Positions 19,305 through 30,107 of a stretch of 64,000 nucleotides of DNA are shown here, piece after piece. A program made the translations under genes and the position numbers. The stretch is from an uncultured Acidobacteriota bacterium (GTDB lineage: Bacteria; Acidobacteriota; Vicinamibacteria; Vicinamibacterales; 2-12-FULL-66-21): contig CAWJNJ010000006.1 of NCBI GenBank assembly GCA_963844245.1, positions 392,142 to 456,141 on the forward strand. The letters are read 5' to 3'. A model generated the notes under the pieces. That model searched no databases. It worked only from the letters and a program-made list of their open reading frames with translations, and was not told the origin of the DNA. The stretch's first letter is position 1, and each line of letters begins with the position of its first letter.

Positions 19305-19348
19305 CCAACTACCAACTACCAAAATCCAATTTGGAAGTTGGAAGTTGG
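19305..19348 (+). terminator. 19-bp imperfect hairpin built from CCAACT hexamer repeats, between topA and trmFO
   Basis: CCAACTaCCAACTaCCAAA-atccaa-TTTGGaAGTTGGaAGTTGG has two A:A mismatches. It starts 14 nt after the topA stop and is followed by a fourth unit, CAGTTGG. There is no clear U-tract. Confidence 0.5.
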
Positions 19349-19363
19349 CAGTTGGTAATTGAG

Positions 19364-20761
19364 ATGATCCACATAGTAGGAGGCGGTCTGGCGGGAAGCG
19401 AGGCCGCCTGGCAAGCCGCTTCCCAGGGCGTGCCGGTCGTGCTCTACGAGATGCGCCCGGTCCGGCCGACGGCCGTCCACAAGACCGGCGGCCTGGCAGA
19501 ACTGGTCTGCAGTAATTCCTTCCGCGGCGACAAACTCGACAATGCGGTTGGTCTGCTCAAAGAGGAGATGCGGCGGCTCGGCTCGCTGGTGATGCGCGCT
19601 GCGGATACCGCCCGCGTGCCGGCCGGCGCCGCGCTGGCCGTCGACCGCGACCGGTTCTCGGCCGAAGTCACCCGCGCCATCGAGGCGCATCCGCTCATCA
19701 CGATCCGCCGCGAAGAGGTCTCACGCATTCCGTCGGTTGACGGCCCGCTGATCATTGCCACGGGTCCCTTGACGTCCGACGCGCTCTCGAAGGAGATCGC
19801 GACCCTGGTCGGCGCCACGCACCTTTATTTCTACGACGCCATCAGCCCGATCGTCCTGGCCGAATCACTCGACCGATCCAAAGTGTTCCGTGCGTCTCGC
19901 TGGGGCCGCAGCCTAAGGGGAGCAGACGCCCCAGCGGATGTAGCCGGCCCGGCGTGTGGGGTTGACGATGGTGAAGGCGATTACCTGAATTGCCCTTTCA
20001 CCGCGGAGGAATATCAGCGGTTCTACGAGGCCCTGATGGCGGCCGAGAAGACCGCGCTGCACGAGTTCGACGATCCGAAGTTTTTCGAAGGATGTTTGCC
20101 GATCGAGGTCATGGCCTCACGTGGCGTCGACACGCTGCGCTTCGGGCCGATGAAGCCGGTCGGCCTTCCGGATCCTCGCACCGGGCGGGACGCATACGCG
20201 GTTGTTCAGCTGCGCCAGGACAATCTCGCGGCCTCGCACTACAGCCTCGTCGGCTTCCAGACGCAGATGAAGTGGGGCGAGCAGGCGCGTGTGCTGAAGC
20301 TGATTCCCGGACTGGAGAACGCCGAGTTCGTCCGCTTCGGGATGATCCACCGCAACACGTATATCAACGGCCCAACCGTCCTTCGCGACACGTGGCAGGT
20401 GAAGGATCGCGACGATGTCTTCTTCGCCGGTCAGATCTCCGGGGTCGAGGGCTACGTCGAGTCCGCGGCATCAGGGCTCATCGCCGGACGCAATGCGGCG
20501 GCACTGGCACAGGGTCGCACGCCGTCCGCCCCGGCGCGGACGACGGCCATTGGCGCGCTCGGTTACTACGTCTCCCACGCCGAGCCCAAGCACTATCAGC
20601 CGAGCAACATCACTTTCGGGATCATCCCGCCGCTCGTGCGCGAGCCCGGCGGGCCCCGCGTGCCGAAGCAAAAGGCGGAGCGCAACGAGCGGCTCTCCCA
20701 ACGTGCACTCGCGGACCTCGAGGCATGGATCCGGAGCCGCGACGCCGAGACCGTTGTGTGA
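19364..20761 (+). CDS. trmFO: Methylenetetrahydrofolate-tRNA-(uracil-5)-methyltransferase TrmFO (Gid)
   Basis: MIHIVGGGLAGSEAAWQAA FAD motif and conserved LVCSNSFR and GQISGVEGYVESAASG blocks. Start at ATG 19364. Confidence 0.95.
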   Translation: MIHIVGGGLAGSEAAWQAASQGVPVVLYEMRPVRPTAVHKTGGLAELVCSNSFRGDKLDNAVGLLKEEMRRLGSLVMRAADTARVPAGAALAVDRDRFSAEVTRAIEAHPLITIRREEVSRIPSVDGPLIIATGPLTSDALSKEIATLVGATHLYFYDAISPIVLAESLDRSKVFRASRWGRSLRGADAPADVAGPACGVDDGEGDYLNCPFTAEEYQRFYEALMAAEKTALHEFDDPKFFEGCLPIEVMASRGVDTLRFGPMKPVGLPDPRTGRDAYAVVQLRQDNLAASHYSLVGFQTQMKWGEQARVLKLIPGLENAEFVRFGMIHRNTYINGPTVLRDTWQVKDRDDVFFAGQISGVEGYVESAASGLIAGRNAAALAQGRTPSAPARTTAIGALGYYVSHAEPKHYQPSNITFGIIPPLVREPGGPRVPKQKAERNERLSQRALADLEAWIRSRDAETVV

Positions 20762-20813
20762 GCAGGAGTCGATCGCCCCGGGGTCGTATTGGCAGCAGGA
20801 AAGTGGGACAGGG

Positions 20814-21767
20814 TTGAAGGACCAGCTGTCTGAGTTCCTGGAGCACCTGCTCCTCAACGAGAACGCCTCGGCCCACACCGTTCGCGCCTACGAGAGCGAC
20901 CTCACGCAGTTCGTGACCTTCACCGCCAGGGACGCCGGCCGCAAACGCTACGAGCTGACACCAGACGACCTGACCCAGCTGACGATCCGCGCCTTCCTGG
21001 GCGACCTGCAGAAACGCGGGATCTCCAAGGCGTCGGCCGCGCGCAAGCTTGCCGCCATCCGCACCTTCGCGCGCTATCTCCGCCGCGAAGGTGTCATCGA
21101 GGACGATCCCTCGTCGCTCGTCGGCACGCCGAAGCGCGAGCAGCGGCTGCCCGCGCACCTGGGGGAGGCGGAGATGAACCGCCTGCTCGAGATGCCGGAC
21201 GCCTCCCAACCACTCGGACGCCGTGACCGCGCGATCCTCGAGCTGTTTTACGCCTCAGGACTGCGTTTGAGTGAACTTGTGGGGCTCGACATCGAAGACG
21301 TCAACCTCGCCGGGCGCATCGTCCGCGTGCTCGGGAAGGGGCGGAAGGAGCGGCTGGTGCCGTTCAACCGCTCGACCGAGACGGCGCTGCGGGCGTGGCT
21401 GAAGGACTGGGAGGCGATCGGTGCCGGCGCACAGGACGCCAAAAAGGAATCACCCTTCGCACGGCCCGTGGTGAAGAAAAAGAAGCCCCGGGTCCCGGTG
21501 TTCCTGAACTACGCCGGCGGACGTCTGTCGACGCGTAGCGTCGATCGCCTGGTGCGCAAGTATGTTGCCGCCTGCAGCACGCGTTTCGGGATCAGTCCCC
21601 ACGCGCTACGTCACTCGTTCGCGACCCACCTGCTGCAGCGCGGAGCCGACCTTCGAGCCATCCAGGAACTGCTCGGGCACTCCCGCCTCAGCACGACCCA
21701 GCGCTATACGCACGTCAACGCAACACAGATGATGGAAGCGTACAAAAAAGCGCACCCAAAAGCCTAG
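20814..21767 (+). CDS. xerC: Tyrosine recombinase XerC/XerD family
   Basis: N-terminal SAM-like domain (HTVRAYESDLTQFVTF) and catalytic HALRHSFATHLL, LGHSRLSTTQRYTHV. Start assigned to in-frame TTG 20814. The track frame opens at 20415 within trmFO, so the start is uncertain. Confidence 0.85.
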   Translation: MKDQLSEFLEHLLLNENASAHTVRAYESDLTQFVTFTARDAGRKRYELTPDDLTQLTIRAFLGDLQKRGISKASAARKLAAIRTFARYLRREGVIEDDPSSLVGTPKREQRLPAHLGEAEMNRLLEMPDASQPLGRRDRAILELFYASGLRLSELVGLDIEDVNLAGRIVRVLGKGRKERLVPFNRSTETALRAWLKDWEAIGAGAQDAKKESPFARPVVKKKKPRVPVFLNYAGGRLSTRSVDRLVRKYVAACSTRFGISPHALRHSFATHLLQRGADLRAIQELLGHSRLSTTQRYTHVNATQMMEAYKKAHPKA

Positions 21768-21786
21768 GCTCTTGGGTGCCCTTTTC
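21752..21786. terminator. Intrinsic-terminator-like hairpin between convergent xerC and the sigma-54 regulator gene
   Basis: GCACCCAA-a-AGCC-ta-GGCT-c-TTGGGTGC (21752-21779) followed by CCTTTTC. The stem includes the xerC stop TAG (21765-21767). Confidence 0.6.
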
Positions 21787-21800
21787 GGTCCAGCCCACCA

Positions 21801-23219
21801 CTACATAGTCTTCGCGAACTCGTCTTCGTTCAGCATCGGCCGGCGGCCGCCGCGAGCGTAATCGATGCCGAGCGTCTTGATCTTGTAGTTCATCACGCGC
21901 GGGCTGATGGCGAGCAGCTCCGCGGCGTCCTTCTGCACCCAGTTCGACATCTTCAGCGCTTCGACGATGGCCTGGCGCTCGATCTCTTCGAGTGCGATCC
22001 CGGTCGGCGGAATCTTGATCACCGGGCTCGCGTCACCTGACGCGTTGCTCGTGGACAGCTCGCCCAGGCGCAGATCCGTGCTCGTCAGCTGGGCGCTCTC
22101 TGTGAGCAGCACGCCGCGCTCGATCGCGTTCTCGAGCTCACGAATGTTGCCCGGCCAGTTGTAGCGCATCAGCAGCTTGAGCGCATCCGGCGCCACACCG
22201 TCGACACGCTTCTTCAGCTCACCGGCAAACCGCCGGAGGAAGAACGTCGCCAGTGCGGTGATGTCTTCCTTGCGCTCGCGCAGGGGCGGCGTCTCGATCG
22301 ACACGACGTTGAGGCGATAGTAGAGGTCCTCGCGGAAGTGACCGCTCGCCACCATCTGCGGGAGATTTCGGTTGGTGGCGGCGATCAGCCGGACGTCGAC
22401 GCGCAACGTCCGCGTGCCGCCGAGGCGCTCGAACTCGTGCTCCTGCAGGACGCGCAGGATCTTGGCCTGCGTGTTGGCGCTCATGTCGCCAATTTCGTCC
22501 AGGAACAAGGTGCCCCCGTCGGCCTGTTCGAAGCGACCGACGCGCTGCTTGTCCGCGCCGGTGAATGCACCTTTCTCGTGACCGAAGAGTTCGGACTCGA
22601 GCAGGTTCTCCTGCAGCGCCGCGCAGTTGACCTTGACGAAGTTGCGGGCCGCCCGAAGCGAATTGTGGTGGATCGCGCCGGCGATCAACTCCTTACCGGT
22701 ACCCGTTTCGCCGCGGATCAGGACGGTCGTGTTGCTCTTGGCGACCTTCTTGACGATCCCGAGCACCGACTGCAGCGCCCCACTCGCGCCGACGATGCGA
22801 TCGAAGTCGTAGATGTCCTGCTGCGTGTGCCGCAGATACTCGATCTCGTGCTTCAGACGGCGGTGCTCGATGGCCTTCTCGACCTTGACCTCCATCTCCT
22901 CGATCTCGAACGGCTTCTGCACGTAGTCGAACGCGCCGATCTTCATCGCCTCGACGGCGGTGTGAATCGAACCGAACGCCGTCATCAGGATCACGGCAGT
23001 CGTCGGATGCAGCGACTTGGCGGTGCGCAGCACGTCCATGCCGTCGCTCCCGCCCATCTTCAGGTCGCTCAGGACGACGTCATACTGGCCTTCGTGCAGC
23101 CGCTCGATGGCGATGTTGCCGTTGGGGGCCTCATCGACTTCGTGCTTCGCCTCCGACAGCGCGCGGACGATGCCGCGGCGGAGTGAATCGTGATCGTCTG
23201 CTACCAGAATGCGGCCCAT
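21801..23219 (-). CDS. Sigma-54-dependent response regulator (NtrC family)
   Basis: REC domain (ILVADDHDS..SDLKMGGSDG), AAA+ sigma-54 interaction module (GETGTGKELIA, ESELFGHEKGAFTGA) and a C-terminal Fis-type HTH (AAELLAISPRVMNYKIK). Confidence 0.93.
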   Translation of the reverse strand: MGRILVADDHDSLRRGIVRALSEAKHEVDEAPNGNIAIERLHEGQYDVVLSDLKMGGSDGMDVLRTAKSLHPTTAVILMTAFGSIHTAVEAMKIGAFDYVQKPFEIEEMEVKVEKAIEHRRLKHEIEYLRHTQQDIYDFDRIVGASGALQSVLGIVKKVAKSNTTVLIRGETGTGKELIAGAIHHNSLRAARNFVKVNCAALQENLLESELFGHEKGAFTGADKQRVGRFEQADGGTLFLDEIGDMSANTQAKILRVLQEHEFERLGGTRTLRVDVRLIAATNRNLPQMVASGHFREDLYYRLNVVSIETPPLRERKEDITALATFFLRRFAGELKKRVDGVAPDALKLLMRYNWPGNIRELENAIERGVLLTESAQLTSTDLRLGELSTSNASGDASPVIKIPPTGIALEEIERQAIVEALKMSNWVQKDAAELLAISPRVMNYKIKTLGIDYARGGRRPMLNEDEFAKTM

Positions 23220-23270
23220 CTCTATGTGTCTCCTGATTCGCTCTAACTGCTTGAATCGATACGCTGCTGT

Positions 23271-24470
23271 CTATCGAAACAGCTCGTGATTACCCGTCAC
23301 CGGCAGGGTGATGCGAAACCGCGCGCCCCCCTCCGGCCGTGCACTGACGTCGATGCGTCCGTCGTGGGCATCCACGATCTTGCGGACGATGGCGAGCCCC
23401 AGGCCGGAGCCCTGTGGCTTGGTCGTGAAGAACGGACTGAACATCTTGTCCATGACGTCGGCCGGCACTCCCGGGCCACTGTCCGAGACGTCCACCTGGA
23501 TCAGCGGCACCGCTTTGACGTCGCTGCCGACGGCCACTTCCTCTTCGGCCGGCAGTTGTGCCGCCGAAATGCTGACCCGGCCGGTGCCGTTCATGGCCTC
23601 GAATGCGTTGGTCAGGAGGTTCGTGAAGATCTGACGAAGCTGGTGCGGGTCGCCCTGGATGCCGGGCAGATCGTCAGGGAATGAGAGCGAAACCTCGATG
23701 CCGCCCCGGTTCCTGTGGCTCTCGGCCATCGACACCGCGTCGCGGACCGCTTCGTCCAACCGGATCTCTTCGACCTGCAGGCGGATCGGCCGTACGAAGT
23801 CGAGTACTTCGACGACGATGGCATTGGCCATCTTCGCTTCCTTGATGATGTCCTTGAGGATCGACTGCGCGTCCTGGTTCTCGGCGAGCTGCCGTTTCAG
23901 GAGCCCCGCCATGACCTCGATCCCGGCCAACGGGTTCTTGACCTCGTGCGCGATGGCGGCGGCCATTTCGCCGAGCGCGGCGAGCCGGTCGCGCAGCCGT
24001 TCGCGTTCTTCGAGCTGCTCGACGCGGGTCAGATCCTTGAAGAACAGGGTGGCGCCCGTGACCCGGCCGCGCTTGTCGCGCACCTGCGACAGGGTGTAGC
24101 CGATGACCTTGTTCGTCCGCTTGAGCCGCAGCTCGGCCCGGTTGGGCAGGTACGAGAGGTCGAACGCACCGGCGACGATGCGCAGCACGTCCGGGAGGTC
24201 CTTGAGAACGTCGGTGTAGGGCCGGCCGATATCAGTATCTTTGGGTGTGAGCCCAAAAATTCTGTAGGCCACGTCGTTCATCACCGCAATCTGACCGCTC
24301 TCTGTCACCGCCAGCACACCGTTGCGGAGGTTCCAAACGAGGTCGTGATAAAAGCTCTGCGGCACCGGGAGCGGTGCCGAAATGGAGGCTTTCACCTCGG
24401 TGTTCGCGCTCCTGTGCGCAGAACGTCCAGGTGCGGCCTTGCGGCTCTTCGCTGTCGCCATGAGTTCCAT
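23271..24470 (-). CDS. Cytoplasmic PAS-domain sensor histidine kinase
   Basis: PAS-like N-terminus, H-box AAAIAHEVKNPLAGI and HATPase G-boxes (DSGPGVP, GSGLGLAIVRKIV). No TM segments are evident. Confidence 0.9.
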   Translation of the reverse strand: MELMATAKSRKAAPGRSAHRSANTEVKASISAPLPVPQSFYHDLVWNLRNGVLAVTESGQIAVMNDVAYRIFGLTPKDTDIGRPYTDVLKDLPDVLRIVAGAFDLSYLPNRAELRLKRTNKVIGYTLSQVRDKRGRVTGATLFFKDLTRVEQLEERERLRDRLAALGEMAAAIAHEVKNPLAGIEVMAGLLKRQLAENQDAQSILKDIIKEAKMANAIVVEVLDFVRPIRLQVEEIRLDEAVRDAVSMAESHRNRGGIEVSLSFPDDLPGIQGDPHQLRQIFTNLLTNAFEAMNGTGRVSISAAQLPAEEEVAVGSDVKAVPLIQVDVSDSGPGVPADVMDKMFSPFFTTKPQGSGLGLAIVRKIVDAHDGRIDVSARPEGGARFRITLPVTGNHELFR

Positions 24471-24623
24471 TATTGTAAGTTGAACGAGCTCGGCACCTTC
24501 GGGGCAATCAATGTACCCGGCTCATCGAGGGGGGAAGGCGCCCAAAAGGCGCCCGAAAAACACAGTTCTGTGGGCCGGCCCAGCTGTGGGGGTAACGGAT
24601 CCGTCGGTCTGATTACGGAAACG

Positions 24624-26659
<2,036 letters not shown>

Positions 26660-26663
<4 letters not shown>

Positions 26664-27251
26664 CTTACGGTTTCGCCGAGCGCTTTCGCCGCCGCCGCGA
26701 GCACGCGCGGCACACGGAAGGGCTTGGTGAGATAGCCCTGCACGCCGAGATTAATGGCTTCGATCGCACTCGCCTCGCTCGAATACCCCGTCACGATGAT
26801 GACCGGGATATCGGCTTTGAGACGGCGCGCCTCGCGGATGACCGTGAGGCCATCGACGCCGGGCATGCGAAGGTCGGTGATGAGGAGGTCGGTACTGGAT
26901 CATGCGCATCCGGTCGACGGCGGTGCGGCCATCGGGCGCCACGTCCACTTCGTACTCGGCGAGCGCGAGGGTCTTGAGCAACAGCTCGCGGATGTTTTCT
27001 TCGTCGTCCACGACGAGGATCCGCGCGCGTCCACTGGGCGGGGCGGCAGGTCGCGGCGATCCGGCGCCGCGGCCCGAGCGTGGCCGCTGGGTTTCGAGCC
27101 AGACGTCGATGTCCCGTTTGCGGAACCGCCACTGGCGTCCGACCCGAACCGCCGGAATCTTGCCGGCCTTGATCAGGCGATAGACAGTACGCAGGTTCAC
27201 CTGCAGGTACTCGAGTACCTCTTCGGTCGTCAGGAACGCATCGTCGATCAT
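26660..27251 (-). pseudogene. Response regulator with N-terminal excisionase/MerR-type HTH and C-terminal receiver domain; frame broken by one extra base
   Basis: N-terminus LTTEEVLEYLQVNLRTVYRLIKAGKIPAVRVGRQWRF (HTH_17-like), a Pro/Arg linker, then REC (ILVVDDEENIRELL..). The 27251 frame and the 26866 frame join if one G of GG 26891-26892 is removed, giving ..RMIQYDLLITDLRMPGVDGLTVIRE... The ATG overlaps the kinase stop (ATGA). Confidence 0.8.
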
Positions 27252-28510
27252 GAAAAGGAGCCTGCGGACGTCACTTTATCACCCACGGCGGGAAGGACGA
27301 TCGTAAAGGCGGTGCCGCGCGGGGAACTGGCGGCTGTAATCGCGCCGCCGTGGTCCTGGACGATTCCGTAGGTAATCGCCAGCCCGAGCCCCGTCCCCTG
27401 GCCGACTTCCTTGGTCGTGAAGAAGGGTTCGAAGATGCGTGGCAGCACGTCGGGGGCGATACCGGGACCGGTATCCTCGATTTCGACAACCACCGAACTG
27501 CCCTCGGCACGAGTGGTGACGGTGATCGCACCGGAACTGCCCGAATCGGTGATTGCCTGCTCGGCGTTGAGGATGATGTTCAGCAGCGCCTGCTGGAGCC
27601 GCGCCCGATCGCCAAGTACGAAAGGCAGGCGGGTGGCGCGCTTATGGACGATCTCGACGTGGGCGCGGTTCGGGGCGGATTCGCGAAGCGCCATCGTGTG
27701 GTCGACGAGGTCATGGAGATGAAGGCTGTCGCGGGTGGCCGTCTGACGCCCCGTGAAGACGAGGAGGTTCGTGACGATCAAAGCCGCGCGCTCGGCTTCG
27801 TCGAAGATCCGCTGTAGCTCCCACCGCATTTTCGAATCGGCGGGGGTCTCTCTGATCATCAGCTCGAGGAAGCCGAGAACCCCCTGCAGCGGATTGTTCA
27901 TCTCGTGCGCGATCCCCGCCACGAACTGACCGAGCGACGCCATCTTTTCGCTGTGGGCGAGCCGGGTGCGGAGTTGGGCCTGTGCGGCGGCGTCGCGCAG
28001 ATGATCTTCGAGCACCAGGATCCGTTCGACCATCGGGGCGAGCTGCCGCGCCAGGTCGGCCGTCAGCTCGACGAAGAGTTCCTGATCCACCCTGGTCGGA
28101 GCCCCTTCGATCACCAGCGTTCCGAGCGCCCGGCGCCATCCCCTCAAGGACATGACCAGGCATTGCGCATCCCCGTCGCCGGTCACCTCGGGGGCATCGA
28201 CCCGGAGTCCCCGTGCCACCGAGGACGACTCGCTGGTGGGGATTCTGGCGGCCGAGGCCCGCTCGCGGGGGTCCGACGAGCCGCTGAGGGTCAGGACGTG
28301 CGCTTCGCGATCGTGCATCCAGATTGAGGTTCGGCGCACGCCAAAAATCGTCCCGACCTCGACAACCAGCGATTCGAGCGCCGTTTCCAGGGTCAACCGC
28401 GCCGCAATGCTCTTGGAAAAGACCAGCAGGGCGGTCTGCAGCCGTTTCCGGAGCGCAAGCTCCTTCGTGAGGCGATCGAACTCGCGCGATTCCATTGGTG
28501 ATCCAGGCAT
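27248..28510 (-). CDS. GAF-domain sensor histidine kinase
   Basis: GAF-like N-terminal half, H-box VAGIAHEMNNPLQGV and HATPase (DTGPGIAP, GTGLGLAITYGIV). Start assigned to ATG 28510 (alternative 28495). The track ORF start at 28570 lies within the 11-bp repeat array. Confidence 0.85.
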   Translation of the reverse strand: MPGSPMESREFDRLTKELALRKRLQTALLVFSKSIAARLTLETALESLVVEVGTIFGVRRTSIWMHDREAHVLTLSGSSDPRERASAARIPTSESSSVARGLRVDAPEVTGDGDAQCLVMSLRGWRRALGTLVIEGAPTRVDQELFVELTADLARQLAPMVERILVLEDHLRDAAAQAQLRTRLAHSEKMASLGQFVAGIAHEMNNPLQGVLGFLELMIRETPADSKMRWELQRIFDEAERAALIVTNLLVFTGRQTATRDSLHLHDLVDHTMALRESAPNRAHVEIVHKRATRLPFVLGDRARLQQALLNIILNAEQAITDSGSSGAITVTTRAEGSSVVVEIEDTGPGIAPDVLPRIFEPFFTTKEVGQGTGLGLAITYGIVQDHGGAITAASSPRGTAFTIVLPAVGDKVTSAGSFS

Positions 28511-28525
28511 TCTAAAATGGGGCCA

Positions 28526-28625
28526 CAGAAGAAACACAGCAGAAACACAGAAGAGACACCGCAGAAACACCGCAGAAACACGGCAGAAACCCAGAAGAAC
28601 GCCGCTGATGCCGCGGCAGAAACAC
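28526..28625. repeat. Helically phased 11-bp repeat array (core CAGAAACAC) in a divergent promoter region
   Basis: CAGAAACAC occurs at 28540, 28562, 28573 and 28617. Variants are CAGAAGAAACAC at 28526, AGAAGAGACAC at 28549, CAGAAACCC at 28584 and CAGAAGAAC at 28592. Spacing is mostly exactly 11 bp. The palindrome GGCCAAAAAATTGGCC follows at 28633-28648. Confidence 0.9.
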
Positions 28626-28693
28626 CGAAAGTGGCCAAAAAATTGGCCGAAGGCTACCGGCCGCTGGCCGGCGTCTAAATCAGCGACAACGAC

Positions 28694-29278
28694 ATGCCGT
28701 CGTCAGACGAAGAGTTAGTCACCCTCTCTCAGGGGGGTGACCTCGACAGCTTCAACCAGCTGGTTTTACGCTGGGAACGGCCGATTTATGCCCTGGCTTA
28801 CAGGGTCATCGGCCGGGAGGAAGAGGCACGCGATGTCGCCCAGGAAACGTTCCTCCGCGCGTTCCGCGCAATCAAGGGGTTCAAAGGCCAGGCCAAGTTC
28901 TCCTCCTGGCTGTACCGGATCACCCTGAACTTGTGCCGGGACTGGATCCGGAAGGAGCGTCGCGCGCCGGTCTCCCAGGCGCCCGAGGGGATCGACATCA
29001 TCGAGCTGGCCGGCGAGGCGACTCCGTCGGAGTCGATCGAGGACCTGGTCGGACGCAAGCAATTGGGTCTCGCGGTCAGCAAGGCCATGGCGCTCCTCCC
29101 TGAGGAGCAGCGCACCGCGATCATCCTGAAGGAGTACCACGGCCTGACGTTCCAGGAGATTGCGGATTTACTGGATTGCCCCTTGAGCACGGTGAAGACC
29201 CGGCTCTACCAGGGGTTGACAGTAGTCAGGAAACAGTTAGAGAGTGCCGGCGTCAATGGCGCGGCGCTGAGACGGTAG
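28694..29278 (+). CDS. ECF-type RNA polymerase sigma factor (RpoE-like)
   Basis: Region 2 EEARDVAQETFLRAFRAI..FSSWLYRITLNLCRDWIR and region 4 ILKEYHGLTFQEIADLLDCPLSTVKTRLYQG. Confidence 0.9.
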   Translation: MPSSDEELVTLSQGGDLDSFNQLVLRWERPIYALAYRVIGREEEARDVAQETFLRAFRAIKGFKGQAKFSSWLYRITLNLCRDWIRKERRAPVSQAPEGIDIIELAGEATPSESIEDLVGRKQLGLAVSKAMALLPEEQRTAIILKEYHGLTFQEIADLLDCPLSTVKTRLYQGLTVVRKQLESAGVNGAALRR

Positions 29279-29306
29279 TCTGTAAGAAGTGACGGGTGTG
29301 CGAACG

Positions 29307-30104
29307 ATGTGTGACAGCCCTACAAGCAAGGAACTGATCGTCGGGTTTCTCTACGACGAGCTGACCAACGCGGAACGCAAGGACCTCGACGCGCACCTTG
29401 CCGTCTGCGGCGACTGCCGGATGGAGCTCGCGGGGCTCCGCTCGACGCGAACGCACCTGGCGTCGTGGGCGCCACCGCAGCCCGATCTTGGCTTTCGCAT
29501 GATCAGCGGCGGATCCGCGCCCGCTCCGGCATTGCCGCGACGGCCGCGTTTCGCCCCCGCGTTCGCGTACGCCGCAGCGGCGGCGATCGTTCTCGCGGCG
29601 GCCGCGGCGATTGCGAACGTTGAGATCAGGTACGGCAGTGACGGGCTGATGGTTCGGACCGGGTGGGTCGACCAGCCCCAGGCCGGGTCGGTGCAGGCTC
29701 AGGGTGACTCTCGTGGGTCGGGCGGGCTTGTGAACACGTCCGCGTCGACCGGTGGCGCCGTCTCGTTCGCCGAGCTCGATCGCCGCCTGCGGACCATCGA
29801 ATCCGCAATCGCGCGCGAATCATCGTCGGGCATGCAGCTGGCGTCGAGCCAGGCCGGGCTGTCGGATGTGGAGCTGCTGCGCCAGGTGCGGCAGATGCTC
29901 AGCCAGGCGCAGACCCAGCAGAAAGCGGACTTTGCGCATCAGATGCTGCAGGTCGTCCGGGACGTCCAGCAGCAGCATGTGTCAGACATCGCCGCGATCC
30001 AGCAGGGGATGGAGCATTACCAGGGCATGACCAACGCCGAGATCGCGACCAGCCGTGACATGTTCAATCAGTGGATCCGCGCCTCGGCGCGACAGGAGAA
30101 ATAG
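29307..30104 (+). CDS. Membrane-anchored anti-sigma factor (zf-HC2 type)
   Basis: HLAVCGDCRMEL zinc motif, a single TM (FAYAAAAAIVLAAAAAIA) and a Gln-rich C-terminal coiled coil. ATG 29307 (track ORF starts at GTG 29289). Confidence 0.75.
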   Translation: MCDSPTSKELIVGFLYDELTNAERKDLDAHLAVCGDCRMELAGLRSTRTHLASWAPPQPDLGFRMISGGSAPAPALPRRPRFAPAFAYAAAAAIVLAAAAAIANVEIRYGSDGLMVRTGWVDQPQAGSVQAQGDSRGSGGLVNTSASTGGAVSFAELDRRLRTIESAIARESSSGMQLASSQAGLSDVELLRQVRQMLSQAQTQQKADFAHQMLQVVRDVQQQHVSDIAAIQQGMEHYQGMTNAEIATSRDMFNQWIRASARQEK

Positions 30105-30107
30105 ACG

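Noticed and set aside
20814-21767. The tyrosine recombinase as the integrase of a mobile island covering 21.8-34.2 kb.
   Set aside because: It sits in the conserved topA-trmFO-xerC context and carries XerC/D-type motifs. I saw no att-like direct repeats, tRNA target, excisionase gene or mobility genes. The only excisionase-type HTH is the N-terminal domain of a response regulator.
24491-24506. CGGCAC-N5-GGGCA with sigma-54-like GG-N10-GC spacing in the ABC-F/kinase spacer.
   Set aside because: It lies on the plus strand pointing into the 3' end of the minus-strand ABC-F gene, so it has no gene to drive, and the -12 element is poor.
28526-28625. Possible CRISPR array or coding N-terminus formed by the CAGAAACAC repeats.
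   Set aside because: The units are only 9-11 bp with no intervening spacers, which is far from CRISPR geometry, and no cas genes are present. Translating the array as the kinase N-terminus gives low-complexity FLRCLFCVSAVFLLW, so the kinase start was moved to ATG 28510.
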